NCBI GenBank assembly: GCA_012026655.1
Contig: JAAILG010000257.1
Span: forward strand, 1 to 64,000
Length of the DNA: 64,000 nucleotides
Source of the DNA: Hydrolagus affinis
Taxonomy: Eukaryota
Reading direction: 5' to 3'
Below, one piece after another: positions 36,401-48,774 of this stretch. The translations under genes and the position numbers were made by a program. Positions within the stretch are counted from its first letter, which is position 1, and the number at the start of each line of letters is the position of its first letter. Below the pieces are notes generated by a model. It worked only from the letters and a program-made list of their open reading frames with translations. It had not been told where the DNA came from and did not search any database.

Positions 36401-36802
36401 TTTGGCAGCTGCATTGTATCATTAAGTCATTATTCAGTGTGGAACATGAAGATATTGATGCTTCCCTTGATCGATAATCAATGTGGGATTTCATAACAAT
36501 GTACCTACCACCCCATCGTTCCCCTCTAGCACATGTGAAGAAAGCTCAAAATTCAATACAATTATACATTTATAATACTATTCATTGCACAGGGAAGGTA
36601 GAAGATGAGTTGGAACTTTTTTTTTAATAAGTAGTTGTGTCTGTCAAGGTCTAGAAACAGGAGAAACATGTGGAACAGATGCTCTTGCATCTTATAGACC
36701 TTCCACTAACAATCCCTTTAGAAGCACCTTGACTGGAAATGACATAAATGGGAATAATGTGGAGTCCTGAGTTAGTTTGTACTGTGGATGCATATACAGT
36801 CG

Positions 36803-37030
36803 TAATAATAATACTTAATATTTGATATAATGCTTTTCAGTGTAGAAGGGCGCCTAAAAGTACTTCACGGGTTTCAGTGTAAAGTACAGTGACTGTATTT
36901 TGGGTAAGCGTAGCAGCTGGTTTGCATGTGGTAGTATCTCACAAACAGCCATTAAATGATGGCCAGTTTTATCTGGGCATTTGTTGGTCAGGACACTGGG
37001 AGAAACTCCCTTCTCTTTTTCGAATCCTCG
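36803..37030 (-). mobile_element. Old Deu-SINE tail plus part of core
   Basis: taataataat...aagtacttcacggg...gtgactgtattttggg...cacaaacagcca...ttggtcaggacactgggagaaactcccttctc. Confidence 0.8.
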
Positions 37031-38204
37031 AAAGTACATGAGGACAGGACAGGCATTCTAGTTTGAATCCACTTGGGATCTGCCCTGTTCAGCTTTAAGA
37101 ACAAATAGCCTCACAATGTAACATAAAGCCTGGGGTAGAGAAACGTCTGGGTGAGACAGTAGGTGCTGAGACACAGTTCTCACACAGTTCTTGTCTGACC
37201 AGGTGCTAAGCTCAGCAGCAAGCGAAGGTGTTAAGCGGTGGCTACAGCCTCATTGTCCTGCACTTTTTAAAAAAAAAATGATTTCTGCCGGGGAACAGCC
37301 TTTGTACGTAACTGAAGCCAAAGCAACACCCTGACAATATAGTATAACAATGAGAATAAAGAGAGAAGGTGACTTTAAATCCATGCATGTAACCAAATGC
37401 TGGCATCTATTATATTTGGAAAACTAGGCTGATAATTACGGGTCTCTTTGTTCCTATCCACTGTGTGGCTTTTTTGCCTCTGGTGTGCCCCATTGTGAAT
37501 ATGTACCTTATAATTATTTCCCATTAAGACGATACAAGACAATATTTTCTTCGGTCTGCGCGGAATAGGATCTCTTTAATGAATGGCTTTTAGAGACAGG
37601 GCCGGAAAAATGCAGGAACCCTATTCACCTGAGATGAATGTGTCAGGGCAGGCAGCTCACAGATCAGAATTAGGCCCCCAGGGACAAACTGGTTAGAGGC
37701 CCTCAAAGCCAAAGCTGTGGGCTTCAAAGGACTTTGAGACACTTTATTCAGACGATCTCTCTCTCTCTTTCACTCCGGTGAACTTCAGGCCCTTTGACAC
37801 TGTCCTCCAAAAATCATCTGCATTGTTTTCTTTTGGAATCCGGTTGATAGCACAACCCTCCTCGGGGTCGTGTCTGCACGGTTTGGCTAACAGAGCATCA
37901 TTCTTTTTTTAATTAAGTTAAGTTAATAATAAAGGTCAAATTAAATTTTTTTTTGCAAAAAAAAACTGATTCTGAACAACTTGTAATTTCGCAGTATTTT
38001 CACCTGTTGTACTGACTTTTGAACAGCGCACAAGTGTGGGCAGTTATAACGTAATTACATTTTTTTTCCGGGTAGAGTGCAGTGACATGGCGTATTGACG
38101 TGCCTCATGCTGTGCGATGCTCCCTGTGCACTCTCCCCAACCCCACCCCCAGAGCAATTGTCTGCTCTTATCCTATTTCTCTCTCCTCTCCCCACATGAA
38201 CCCA

Positions 38205-38352
38205 CAACTGTTTGCGGGACACTGCTGTGTGCAATTCTCTGCCCACAAAATGTACAGTGAATCCACATTACAATATTTTCTGTGAAGTGCTTTGAGACTT
38301 CTCAACAAGATGAGAAGGCACTATATCAAATGCACTTATTATTATTATTATA
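38205..38352 (+). mobile_element. Deu-type SINE 3' tail
   Basis: ctgtttgcgggacactgctgtgtgcaatt...ctgtgaagtgctttgagac...aaggcactatatcaaatgcacttattattatt. Confidence 0.9.
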
Positions 38353-39676
38353 TGCTATTCTTCCCCAAGTATTTTCCCAGTTCTCTGTTGACCGATGTGT
38401 ACAAAATTTGGCTTCAATCGCTAATGTGATAAAGCGTGCCACATTCTAACAACCCTCTGTGCTAAGAGGTGGGAGAGAACATAAAACTACATCAATAGTC
38501 AAAATAACACATTAACTGCAGTCATCAGGGCAGATCTTTTACAACAGGAGTGTGCCTTTAACAATTATTCAGATCCTTCCCCCAGTCAGTGTGCTTCCGA
38601 GAATAGTCTGGTATCAAGCACTCCAGATACTTGGTATCAAATAGGAAGGTCAATTACAGGAGATTTTGATGCAGTCAGTTTGCTCAGTGATCAATTTTAC
38701 TCGGTGATTTGGGGGGATAATATTCTCAATGTGATCTGCAACATACTATTTCTGTCACCGATAATTCATTTCAGTTTTTTTTAATCAACCTTTGCAACCA
38801 GCACATTGTCTAGCATTTTTTCTAAAAAAAAGTATCTTGTACAAAATGTTGTGGAAGTCTCTTTCTCGCTTTCTCCTCTGTCTCCATCTACCCACCCCTT
38901 CCCCTTCCCCCCTTCAAAATTCACATCCACCTCTGGGAGTGTAAATTTGCAGTAAAACCTGTTGAGTTACTCATTGAGGGTAAGTGTCAGGCAGCGTTTT
39001 ACTGCCGTCCTCCTCCAATGCAAAGAAGGGTTCAGTTGAACTAAATTCTACCTGGATTAAGTTGGTAGTTTTTTCTGTCTGTCAGACTGGATAATAGTCT
39101 GGGTTTGCCTTGAACGTACCAGGAGTTTATATAAAAAAACAGAGTCTGGAGAGTGGCCACTTTGCGGGGTTTTGCGCGCTGAAAATGTATAAATAAACAG
39201 TGGTTTTCATCTGAACTCAGTCCTCAGTGCCACAATCATATCGAACCAAGCTGTTATCTTTACAGTTGCTGGGAAGTGCAGATTTTGATAAGACAGTAAC
39301 TAAATCCACTGCCCTAGCTCAAAAACAGCTAAAGCAATGACGGAGTCGCTTCCATATCCATATGCGCTATCCTTTTTAAAGAAACACCTTGTAGCTGAGA
39401 GGCCTTCTATAAATACGAAATGAATAAGAACTGCATGTGTCAAGCATCAAAGGTGCCGTGGCCGTTGTTTCAAGAGAAACTGTTAAGCTCTCAGCAGGTT
39501 GCTTCTGTCTCAAGTCGGCCCAAAACACTGTCTGTTCTTTTTTTGATGCACTTTCAACCTTAATATCATTGCAACGCTGAGGTGCAGCGTGGTGACTGCT
39601 CTGTGTGAATGAACACTGGAATCACTGTATTTAGTCGTGCTGATAGTTCAGCAGCCTTCGTTCACAGCACCAAGTT

Positions 39677-40045
39677 GGGTCAGCTAGGTTCAGTGACAGC
39701 ACTTTCGTCACTCGCACCGAAATTTATGGGTTCAAGGCTCACTTTGGGGGCTCATAGTCCAGGTTGACACTCCCATCATAGTACCGGGAGGAAGGAGTTC
39801 TGTGATGGTGGAAGCATTATCCTTTGGACACACCGCATTAAACCCAGCTAGCATTGTTCCATCCGCAAATATACAATTCACTTTGGAGTATATACTCTGT
39901 GAAGCGCTTTGGGACGCCTCGAAGACATGAAAAGTGCTACATCAAAATGCAAGAATTATTATTATTCGGACACACTGTAAAGATCCCATGGCACTGTTCA
40001 AAAAAAAGAAGGGAACTCCTTGTTTCCAGGACAAAAATCTTTTCA
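39677..40045 (+). mobile_element. Old Deu-SINE (head plus core) with a younger SINE tail nested at ~39847-39966
   Basis: Head ggttcagtgacagcact...tgggttcaag, tagtccaggttgacactcc; insert ctgtgaagcgctttgggacgcctcgaagac...aatgcaagaattattatt; core resumes taaagatcccatggcactgttc. Confidence 0.8.
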
Positions 40046-40999
40046 GTGCTCCTCAAATCTGTTTGTAAGGGGAAGAAAAATGAGGTTGCCTACAAAAAAA
40101 AAAGTTCCTAACCATGACGGTGGTTACCATCAAGGTGTTTTTTGACAGGCACTGTGTAAAGAAATGAAATTCATCTCTTGGATTCACTTTCTTAATCCAT
40201 TGATTTATTTCCCCTTTACCCGCCCCCTCCTGCCTTGGCTTCCCCTCCATAACATGTAAATCCTTGTAACCTTAAGGCTGATTTTTGGTTCAGTGTTTCT
40301 GTGGAGTAAATCGAGTAAAGAGCAGAGCCTAACCTGTTCACACGCGCTTTTGGTGACGTCTCCACCAGTTGGACTACCGCCCGTGCCTACCTTCAATTGT
40401 TAAGGCTGGGAGTATCCTAAGGCTTTTGGAAGGCATCCCAGGCTGGAAATAAAGTATTGTATCCAGCAAGGGAAGTTTTTATAAACTGTAGAGAGATTTT
40501 TTTTTAGAAAGCAATGTTCTCAGAGCCAAGAATTAAGTGCAGATTCCTCTTTTCAGTGTTTGCTTTTCAGTGCATTTCACACCCGCACAGCCCTCAGTGC
40601 GATGCAAACGAGTACCCACTTTCTCAACTCCTCCCCCCCCCCCGCCCCCCACCCACTGATAATGCGATTCTTTTCAAAATTACTTTAAAGTGAAGCTTAG
40701 TACTATCCGATTAAAATTTCTATTAAAAAAATTGATATGAAAAACATGAAATCGCTTTTATTTAGTCTTCATGGTGTCGTTTTGGACCCGTTTGTGTAGG
40801 GTACCTTGGCCTATTTCGTAAGGACTGGCAGGATCACAGTAATTGAATTCCACTCCACACACATATATAAGTTACAAATACATCCACATCAGAATAGGGT
40901 TTGATCTGTGGACAATCTACTTCTCATCTCGGTCTCCTTTCTTTGAGACACGGAAAATTTGAGATTTTTTTTGTTTGACTGTGTTTCTTTTCTCTCTTC

Positions 41000-41220
41000 C
41001 CCTTCCACCCTCTCCCTTCCATGGAAGGTGCTGATTTATGTTGTTTGCTATTCTCACCCAGTGTTCTCGTCCCTAGCCCAAGGGCACTGAGGCCAATATA
41101 GCACCTTGAAATGCTGCCCTCGATAAGATCAGTTAATGAAACACAGACTGGTTATTGAACCAGGGAGCTTTCGGTGTGCTTAGCCAGTGATACATCAGCT
41201 GATGACTTTGGCCATCAGGA
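41000..41220 (-). mobile_element. AmnSINE2-like ancient SINE with internal deletion
   Basis: Reverse complement contains ccctggttcaataaccagtctgtg...taactgatct, ggtgctatattggcctcagtgcccttgggctaggg and atcagcaccttc...ggagaggg, colinear with the AmnSINE2-type consensus as I recall it. Confidence 0.6.
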
Positions 41221-41796
41221 ATGACAGTGGGCATTCTCGACCATGTATCCTTGGAACTTTCACTGCAACTAGAGGCAAAGTTTATTGACTCTGGAAATCC
41301 CAGGTAAGCTATAACATGGATGGGAACCGGTGTCTTAAGGGAGAGGACCTCATTGACAAGCAGAGAAAGGAAAGATTGGTGTATTTTGACAGGCCTTCGA
41401 GAGGTGTTGCCTCACCTCTGTGTTTCATTGTTTGAGGAAGAAAGGGTTAAAACATTCTCTCACTCTCTGTTTCTCTCTAGCAAAGTGATAGTGTCAGAAA
41501 TATACTTCAGATAATCCAAAAACATTGCAGATATTGCCAGCTAATATTGGTTACTGCTCATGCTGAAATTATAGCCTCGAGTGAATTAGACGTTTTAAGT
41601 ATGTAACTGCACAATCTGCACAGCAGGAGCTTTAATAGTGTTGTGCACATAATAAAAAGGAAGGTAGAGAATAATTCTGACGCATCAGCCGTGTTCAGAC
41701 CACTTGGTTGAGCGGGAGTTGTGTTTCCTTGCTTACGACGAAAACCAGGCTGTGAATGAATGTTCCAGTGGAGCTGCACCTTCAGATCACATTCAC

Positions 41797-41853
41797 ACGT
41801 GGCGTTTACCTCCCGACATGATACAAGTGTAATTTGTTGTTGTTGCTGCTGCT
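41797..41853 (+). mobile_element. L2-type tail fragment
   Basis: cctcccgacatgatacaagtgtaatttgttgttgttg. Confidence 0.6.
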
Positions 41854-42169
41854 GGATATTTGGGTCATCGAGTAGTAGGGCTGGGAACAAGGTTGGTGTT
41901 TCGCCAACAATGTGCGTCAATCAGTTTTTTTCTCTTTAAAATAGCAAGGTTCACTCCCTGGTCGCAGAGAGATTGTTAGCTACAGAGCAGAACTGCTCCA
42001 GCAGTGAGAGAATAACGCTCGCACATCACTTCCACCGCAGCACGAGAAAATAACAACTGTAAAAGTCAGTGCAAATGAGCGAAAGCTCTCAAACGTCAAA
42101 TGCAGTCAGAGAAATGTTTCAATTACTGTATTTTGGATCAAACACTGGGAAACTATTTTTCCGGCCCTC

Positions 42170-42565
42170 CTTCCTCCTTCCCCCTCCTCCCCAGCAATGA
42201 GGCTCTCTCCTCCTATAGCCCACCCAGACCCTCCATTCAGCAGGACTTGGTTTGCTCCAAGCCCCCCGCCCGAACCGCCCCACCATCGGATGCCGGGCCT
42301 TCAGTTTCTCCGCTCCCACCCTATGGAATTCCATCCCCCAATCCCTCCACCTTGTTTCCTCCCTTTCCTCTTTCAAGGCCGGTTTGAAGACTTTCCTTTT
42401 CGACCGTGCCTTCTGTTCCCCCCCTAATTATTTGGCCTCCCCGCGTTTTCTACCCCCTCCCGAACACTCCCCTCCCAGCTCGGGTCACACGCCTCCTGTG
42501 CAGCGCCTTGGGACGTCCTCCCGACGTGAAAGGCGCTCTATAAGTGCAATTTGTTGTTGTTGTTG
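42170..42565 (+). mobile_element. L2 LINE 3' end: ORF2 C-terminus, 3'UTR and (GTT)n tail
   Basis: ORF 42252 reads LQAPRPNRPTIGCRAFSFSAPTLWNSIPQSLHLVSSLSSFKAGLKTFLFDRAF, the classic L2 ORF2 end; terminal stem-loop at 42502-42537, then ttgttgttg. Confidence 0.95.
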
Positions 42566-42966
42566 AGGCTGATGCAAATGGACTGAGTGATTTTTAAAAT
42601 ATATATATATAAAAAAAACTAGCTTTCTCTGGTTCAAGCTTGGAGGGTTTGGAATATTTTTGCACTGACAACGTGGGAACAGTGAAGGGTTTGATTGGCA
42701 TCAAGCCAGAGCTTGACATTAGCATTGAGCTGCAGGAAGGAAGGAACAGTATTTTTGCACTTGACTTGAGGGTTGGACCATGGCACTGCTCTGATGCTAT
42801 TCAGTTGCCTCTTCCTCCCCAGACCCAAGCTGTGGCTGATTTTCTCAGTCCTTCCCCCACTGTGCAGCGCTGACTGACGAGCAGTAGCATGTCCCACTAT
42901 TGCCCAAAGCACAGATCGGAAATTGGATTGGGCGTCTTTCTTTTTATATTTCTCAGCCCTCACACC

Positions 42967-43038
42967 AACAACAACAACTCGTATTTATATAGCTTCACTC
43001 ATGCAAGATAGTTTCCCAGAGCGCTTTAAAACATCACA
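42967..43038 (-). mobile_element. L2-type tail (second variant)
   Basis: aacaacaacaactcgtatttatatagc...cccagagcgctttaaaacatcac, matching 31985-32060 in reverse. Confidence 0.7.
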
Positions 43039-45739
43039 AGGTATTTAAATGCTGGGCCACCTAGATGTCCTCATCGGCAATATTTCATCTTTACTCTCAC
43101 TGATTCCACTGCGCGCATGCTCAACTCTGCTGTTCTCCCCGTGCCTGTTTGATTCCTGCTGGAAATAAAGACAGTGCATTTCTCCCACTTCTTTGAATTC
43201 CATCTGTTGCTGGTGGGGAAAAAAAGAGCAAATCCCCTCCTTCTCCTCTTTCATCCCGCCCCTCTTCCTTAGAGAAGTCTTACTAGAAGTCTTCTGAATG
43301 ATGGCCTCAGAGCCCAGGGCAGGAAGATTATATGAGCTTTCAATGTGTGGAGCCTATCTTTTGCAATAAGTAAGCAAGCCGCGTTTGTTTGTTGTTGGCT
43401 CTTTGCTCTTTGTTTTTTTTTCAGCAGCACCATTAAATCGACCCCTTTCCTGTCTTCCTTATGTGGTGAGAAAGTCTTGTTTGTTCTGCTCATTGATGGA
43501 ATGCGAGCCTGGTGCTCGAGAGGTTAATGCACGGAGGCTGATGCCTTTGGCCCGGGGCTGAAGGGGGTAAAGCAACCATTTCCTGCTGCTCCTCCGTCCG
43601 TACGTTAATTGATAAACCGTAATTGACTTGAGGACAAACTGGTCAAATAGTCATCCCCTTCAAATGCTGTCACTGGATAAGAACTCTACTGGTATTTCAC
43701 AAAGACTTGTCAACATGGATCTTGTCCATTCACTGTGGTGAAGATGAGGGTGACTGACGGGTAAAATATAGCACCTCTCATACCCGTTGCCATTAGGTTC
43801 AGGGCTGTGTTTCTGCCTCAGATTCGATGAGCAGATGGCAAAAGTCTTGGTTAACTTATTGGTGGATAATTTCCTCCTTCACGGTTTGTCGTTGTGCTGC
43901 GCTGGGGGAGGGGTGGGGTACTGGGAAGTGGGGTGGTGGCGGGTGGGGTGGTGGGGGGGTGGGTGGGAGGAGGAAATCCTGTTGGCAAGCGTTTGAAATA
44001 AGTTTAACTTTTTTTTAAAATAGGAACAACAAAACAAATCCTCACACTGCGCCCAGAGTGAGCTCGGAGATTTTTGCGGGGCTGAAATAATGAGATGCCC
44101 ATTCCGCGATGCGGTGGCAGTCTCTTTTCCCCCCGCTTGCTGTCACAAACGCAGTTGTTGCGTGGCGCTGAGGGATTCTCAGCAACATTGCTGAGTTGCT
44201 GGAAACGTGTAATTAACAGTAATAACAGTGGCACAGAAACAAACAGGTGTTACCTTCCTTGTACCCAGAGGTCAGTGCATATCACAGCCTCTCCGAGCCC
44301 GCTTGCGATACAGACGTGCGGTGTAAAAAATTATGAACTCCGGGTTGTCTACTCGTGTTGGCTACTGACTGTAAGTTAAGTACAGCGAGCTGGTGAAGTA
44401 AACTTAGCCGAGTGATTTTTTTTATTTTCCATCAGCGTATGTCTTGGACTGTGGGTTATGACCCTCTGAGGTCCCAGTGGTAATCCTGGTATTATTTGTC
44501 CAGTGCAATTTCGAGCTGCAATTACTGGCCTTCAGCTAATTACACAAGCTTATTGCCCTAGCTCAGCTTACATGGGAACACTTCACCGTGTCAGCAAAGG
44601 TCATGATAGATTCACATCCAAAACAACCTTTTTGCGGTGGCGAGTTGGGTTCAGCTGCCAAGGAACGGGGGGGGCAAGGCGATTGGGGGAATGGGTCGGG
44701 GGGAGTGTTGTAGGAACGACTGCCTGAGTGGAAAGATACATTGCGAACAGCAGAAAAGAAAAGGAAGAAATCCGGCAACAACTTAGCGTCATTGTGCGGA
44801 ATGAGGTGGTTCCCTTTGTAAGACTGCTTTTAATACACGCTCTAATAAACTGTGCAGTATTATGAGGTTGCGAAGCTTGGTAATTGCAGAGTAGCAGTTT
44901 GTTGCGCTGCCCTGAGGCATAAGTGGGAAGTATTAACTGCTGAGATTGTGTTTCTCAAATCTTCTGAAAAAAAAGTTAATTAGACTAGCTTTAGGTTATT
45001 TAAAAAGTATATTGTCTTCACCTTCCCACCCCACCACCCCCACCATGTCCCCCCTACCCCTCCTCCCCCAATATGGTTTGTATTGTACCCTGGCTGTCCT
45101 TTTTCCCCTTGATTTTGCTGCAGAAACTCAGTGTCCATTTATCCTGTCTACCAAATGTTATTAAAGCTGAGAGAGGAAATCTCACAATACCACAGCACAA
45201 CAGATGATATTTCATTATGAACCTGCGTAAGATGGTGCAGTCGGGACACTCCCGACAACCTCCCCTCCCAGGGACGGGGATGGGGACGTCACTGACGTTT
45301 CAGAGCTTCTCTCTTGGAAGTTTGCCTCGCCCCCACACTGTGGAAGGAAGGCACTGCCTCACAGAGCGCCTCTCTCTGTGGGACCAGACCATTATATGTA
45401 GGCAAAGAGGGAGGAGAGCAAGAGGCCAGAGATAAACTGCAAGTAGAGTATAGCAACAATTCCGAGGTAAACACTGGATGGGCTATGACATACCCCTATG
45501 GCTATTTCTGGTAGAAAGAGAATTCTGACAGAGTGACTGAGCCAGTGTGGTTCGGTGATTGAACTTGGTCATTTTCTCTAAGCCGACGAAATAAGGATTT
45601 AAAACAAAACTTTTTTGGGACTGGCTTTGAGGTCAGGTTGGGATTGTACTTGTGCCTTTTAATGGTTGTCCCAGCCATCTGCAAAGGGTGGCCACTTAGG
45701 TATCACATTGTCTGGTCCCATCTGCAACTCCTAATCCCA

Positions 45740-45854
45740 CCAACCTTCCTTCCCCCACCCCGTCCCCAGCTCGGGTCTGACACTGTGACTGTTCAGCACC
45801 GTGGGACATCTTCCTGACGTGAAAGACGCTAGACAAGTGTAATTTTGTTGTTGT
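45740..45854 (+). mobile_element. L2-type LINE 3' end
   Basis: ccccgtccccagctcgggtctgacactgtgactgttcagcaccgtgggacatcttcctgacgtgaaagacgctagacaagtgtaattttgttgttg. Confidence 0.88.
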
Positions 45855-48774
45855 ATTATGTTGAATGATTGGGAGCCCCTAAAGCATAGTGGGAAACAGG
45901 GCAGGGCAGGGGTGGTTTGACTTGGCCACTTCCCCTGTTATCTCTTTGTTTTCACATTTGGTGTGTTTTTATATATTTTTTTAAAAATTCAAAATTTCAG
46001 CCAGAAGATCCCAGTTCATTATTTTGATGGTGAGTTTCTCTCCGATCACGGTGCTCGTTTTATCATCAGCTCCCGGCCATTAACAGGCTTCACACGTCCT
46101 CCCCGACCACTCTCCCACTTCATCACCATCTTCTTGTCATACCCATCAGGTGAGAGTGTTCACAGCTACTCGGAATGGCTGATGTGATCACACTGCCCGC
46201 TTCAAATTGTAACACCAGCTGGTCACCTCGGAAAGATTTATTTTGAAGGTGAAATTATCACTATTCCTAGGAAGTCCCCAGTTTTGATTCACGGTTTGTG
46301 CTCAGTTGGATGGTAGACAAAAATAGGATTGGATAGGACTGTAGTCCTTCTCTGTTCCCCCCCCTCCACCATGGTTCAATAATCTGCTGTCTCGTCCTCA
46401 ATATAAATGGTCCACTTGGGTGAGATATTGAGGTGGGTGGGGTGGGAGAGGGGAAGGAATACCCTGGAATTGAGTCACGGCTGAAAGTTTTCAGGCTTGC
46501 AAGGTAAGTGAGCTGCTGCATTGGGAATACTGGGGCAGCCTCGCCTCCCTGGTTTCCACATTGTAAACGCTTTAGAAGGGCAATTTCTGCAGGTTTGAAC
46601 CTACATCATTGTAGTGTGTAGATCAGGATGTGGTTGATGAACCTGCTCACTGCTGCCTGTCCTTTTCATTTCCAAAAAGTAACATAAGCAGAGAAAAAGT
46701 GATCTGTAGTTTTTTAAAATATTATTATTTACATTAAGTAGCAATTTGAGAAGTTGCTTTATAGTCAGTCGGAGGAAACATTACCTAAAATTAGTTTGCT
46801 TAAGAGTTGGAAAAATATTTTTCTTTCGATTACAGTTTCTGAAGTTCTTAAATTTTCTGTTTATCTTCCTAGTTCTCAAACGAGCCTCTTTGTCATTACT
46901 GGGCTGCATTCAATTTGGGGGAAAAATACATAAACTAAAAATAGACAGGTATTTTGAGCAGCTGCCTGGGTTGATGAAGTCAGGGTCTTTAACAGCAATA
47001 GGTTCTTAACAGGAGTTTTAATTAGCTCTACAGCTTACCTCGCGCTGCGCTATTGGAAACGCTGAAAGCACCAGAGGGCAAGAAAACGGCAACATTCCTC
47101 CTTTATTAGCTATCCTCGAGGTCTCCGGCATTCCAAAGTAGAAGGGAAAAGAGCGAGCATCTCCACAGCCCTTCCAAAGCCAATCGATGTCACAGGCAAA
47201 ATGAATACCGCCCCTATTTTGTGTCAGGAGAAAAAAGAATCCCTTAAATGAACCCTAAAAAAAAAAAATTCTGTTGAGTTGGAGTATCAATAGACCTGTT
47301 CTAAACGCTGGTCACTGTCAGCTGGTTTCAAAGCTGTATATATCGCTGTTTTTTTTTGACAAGGAGGGCTCGAGTCCAGATCGGGCTGAGATGAATTGAA
47401 ATTTACACTCACTCAAAGTGAATTTCATCAGATCTGTCTGGAGGGGAAAAAAAAGGCAGCCTGGTCTGGCCTGTCCTTGGTTGAGTGAACTTATTGGTGG
47501 GTCAAACAAGGAAGAGCATTGATGGTCCTAAGAGAGATTTTTTTGGGGTTTGTCCAAAGAAGACTGTGTAAGTGTAGAAGGGAATTGGGAGTGTGGGACA
47601 CGTGGCGAAATTAATACCTTTTCTGGGATGTACTTTGTCTCAAATTGCCGTGCAGTGTCTCCACCTATCATTATTAAATATGCTGCCTTCCTTATTTTCT
47701 GATAACCGGATTGAAAGAAACTAACCTTAATCTTGTTTGTGGGTAAACTCTATGTATGTGTGCGCGCGTGCGCATATATGTTCATTAGAATACACAGGAA
47801 CTATTGTCTTTGTGGGTTTGTATGTACATAAGCGGGCTCTGCACCCAGCCCTCAGGAAGATTCCTTCAGGAGTAAAAGCTGTGAATTAAAAGCAACATCT
47901 GCCAGACACATTGCTCGGGAGAAAATGGAAAGGAAAAATCCTGGGGTGGGGGCTGGTATGCTGCGGTTTGGTGAAACGCTGTACATCATGTGTACTGAAT
48001 TTTCTTGAGTGTTGCTTCACTTAATTCCTGACTTGCCAGCCACAACACTCTGCGGTGATTTATATTCTGCAGGTGTTGCGACAAATTTTTAAATATCATT
48101 CAGCGCCAGCTTAGGAGGGAGCGTAGTCATTGTCCGCCAGAAGAGAAGACATGAAATATTAGTTGATGGATAAACATCTCCTTTATAACCCAAGTCAGAT
48201 TTATTTCATGACAACAGTGAAACTTTTTTTTTGTGGGTCGGTGGGGGGGGGTGGGTGAGGTATAGAATGCATGCTGTAACCGGCATGGAATGTGAAGATC
48301 AGCTCATAAAATGAATATTTATGAGGCGCAAAAGCTTACTATTATAAAACTTATCTTTTAAACCGCTCGCTTCTTTTGGTTGTGTAAATTAAAAAAAAAA
48401 CATGTTCTTTTCCTTTTGGCCAGTGGTTTCGAAGCAGTCGCATTCAATCTCTGGATAGTTCTGGGTGCGTGACCCGCAGAGAGCGTTGCCATATGATGGA
48501 TAGTTCAGCTTTTATTGGCATTGCCTTGATCAGCTTCCTTTTTCTGGGGCTCTGTTTCTCATGTCTTTTTCAGTCCCATCTGGTCCTTCTCACTTGGGTA
48601 GTTTTGCAGCCAGATGCTAGGAGATGCACGTGAGTGGCATTCCCTTCCGTGTTGTGTTTGTCTTTTCCTTCCCTGCTCGTTTCCTCAGGGAAACCCTTTT
48701 GCCTCCGCTTTGTATCGCTTCTCACCACCTGCCCCAGCTGGTATGCTCCATGGGCCACTGAGATGCCAATTTCA

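Noticed and set aside
45304-45466. Possible 163-nt exon (tttcag ... gag|gtaaac)
   Set aside because: Weak pyrimidine tract, branch-like motif too close, weak donor, unrecognised peptide.
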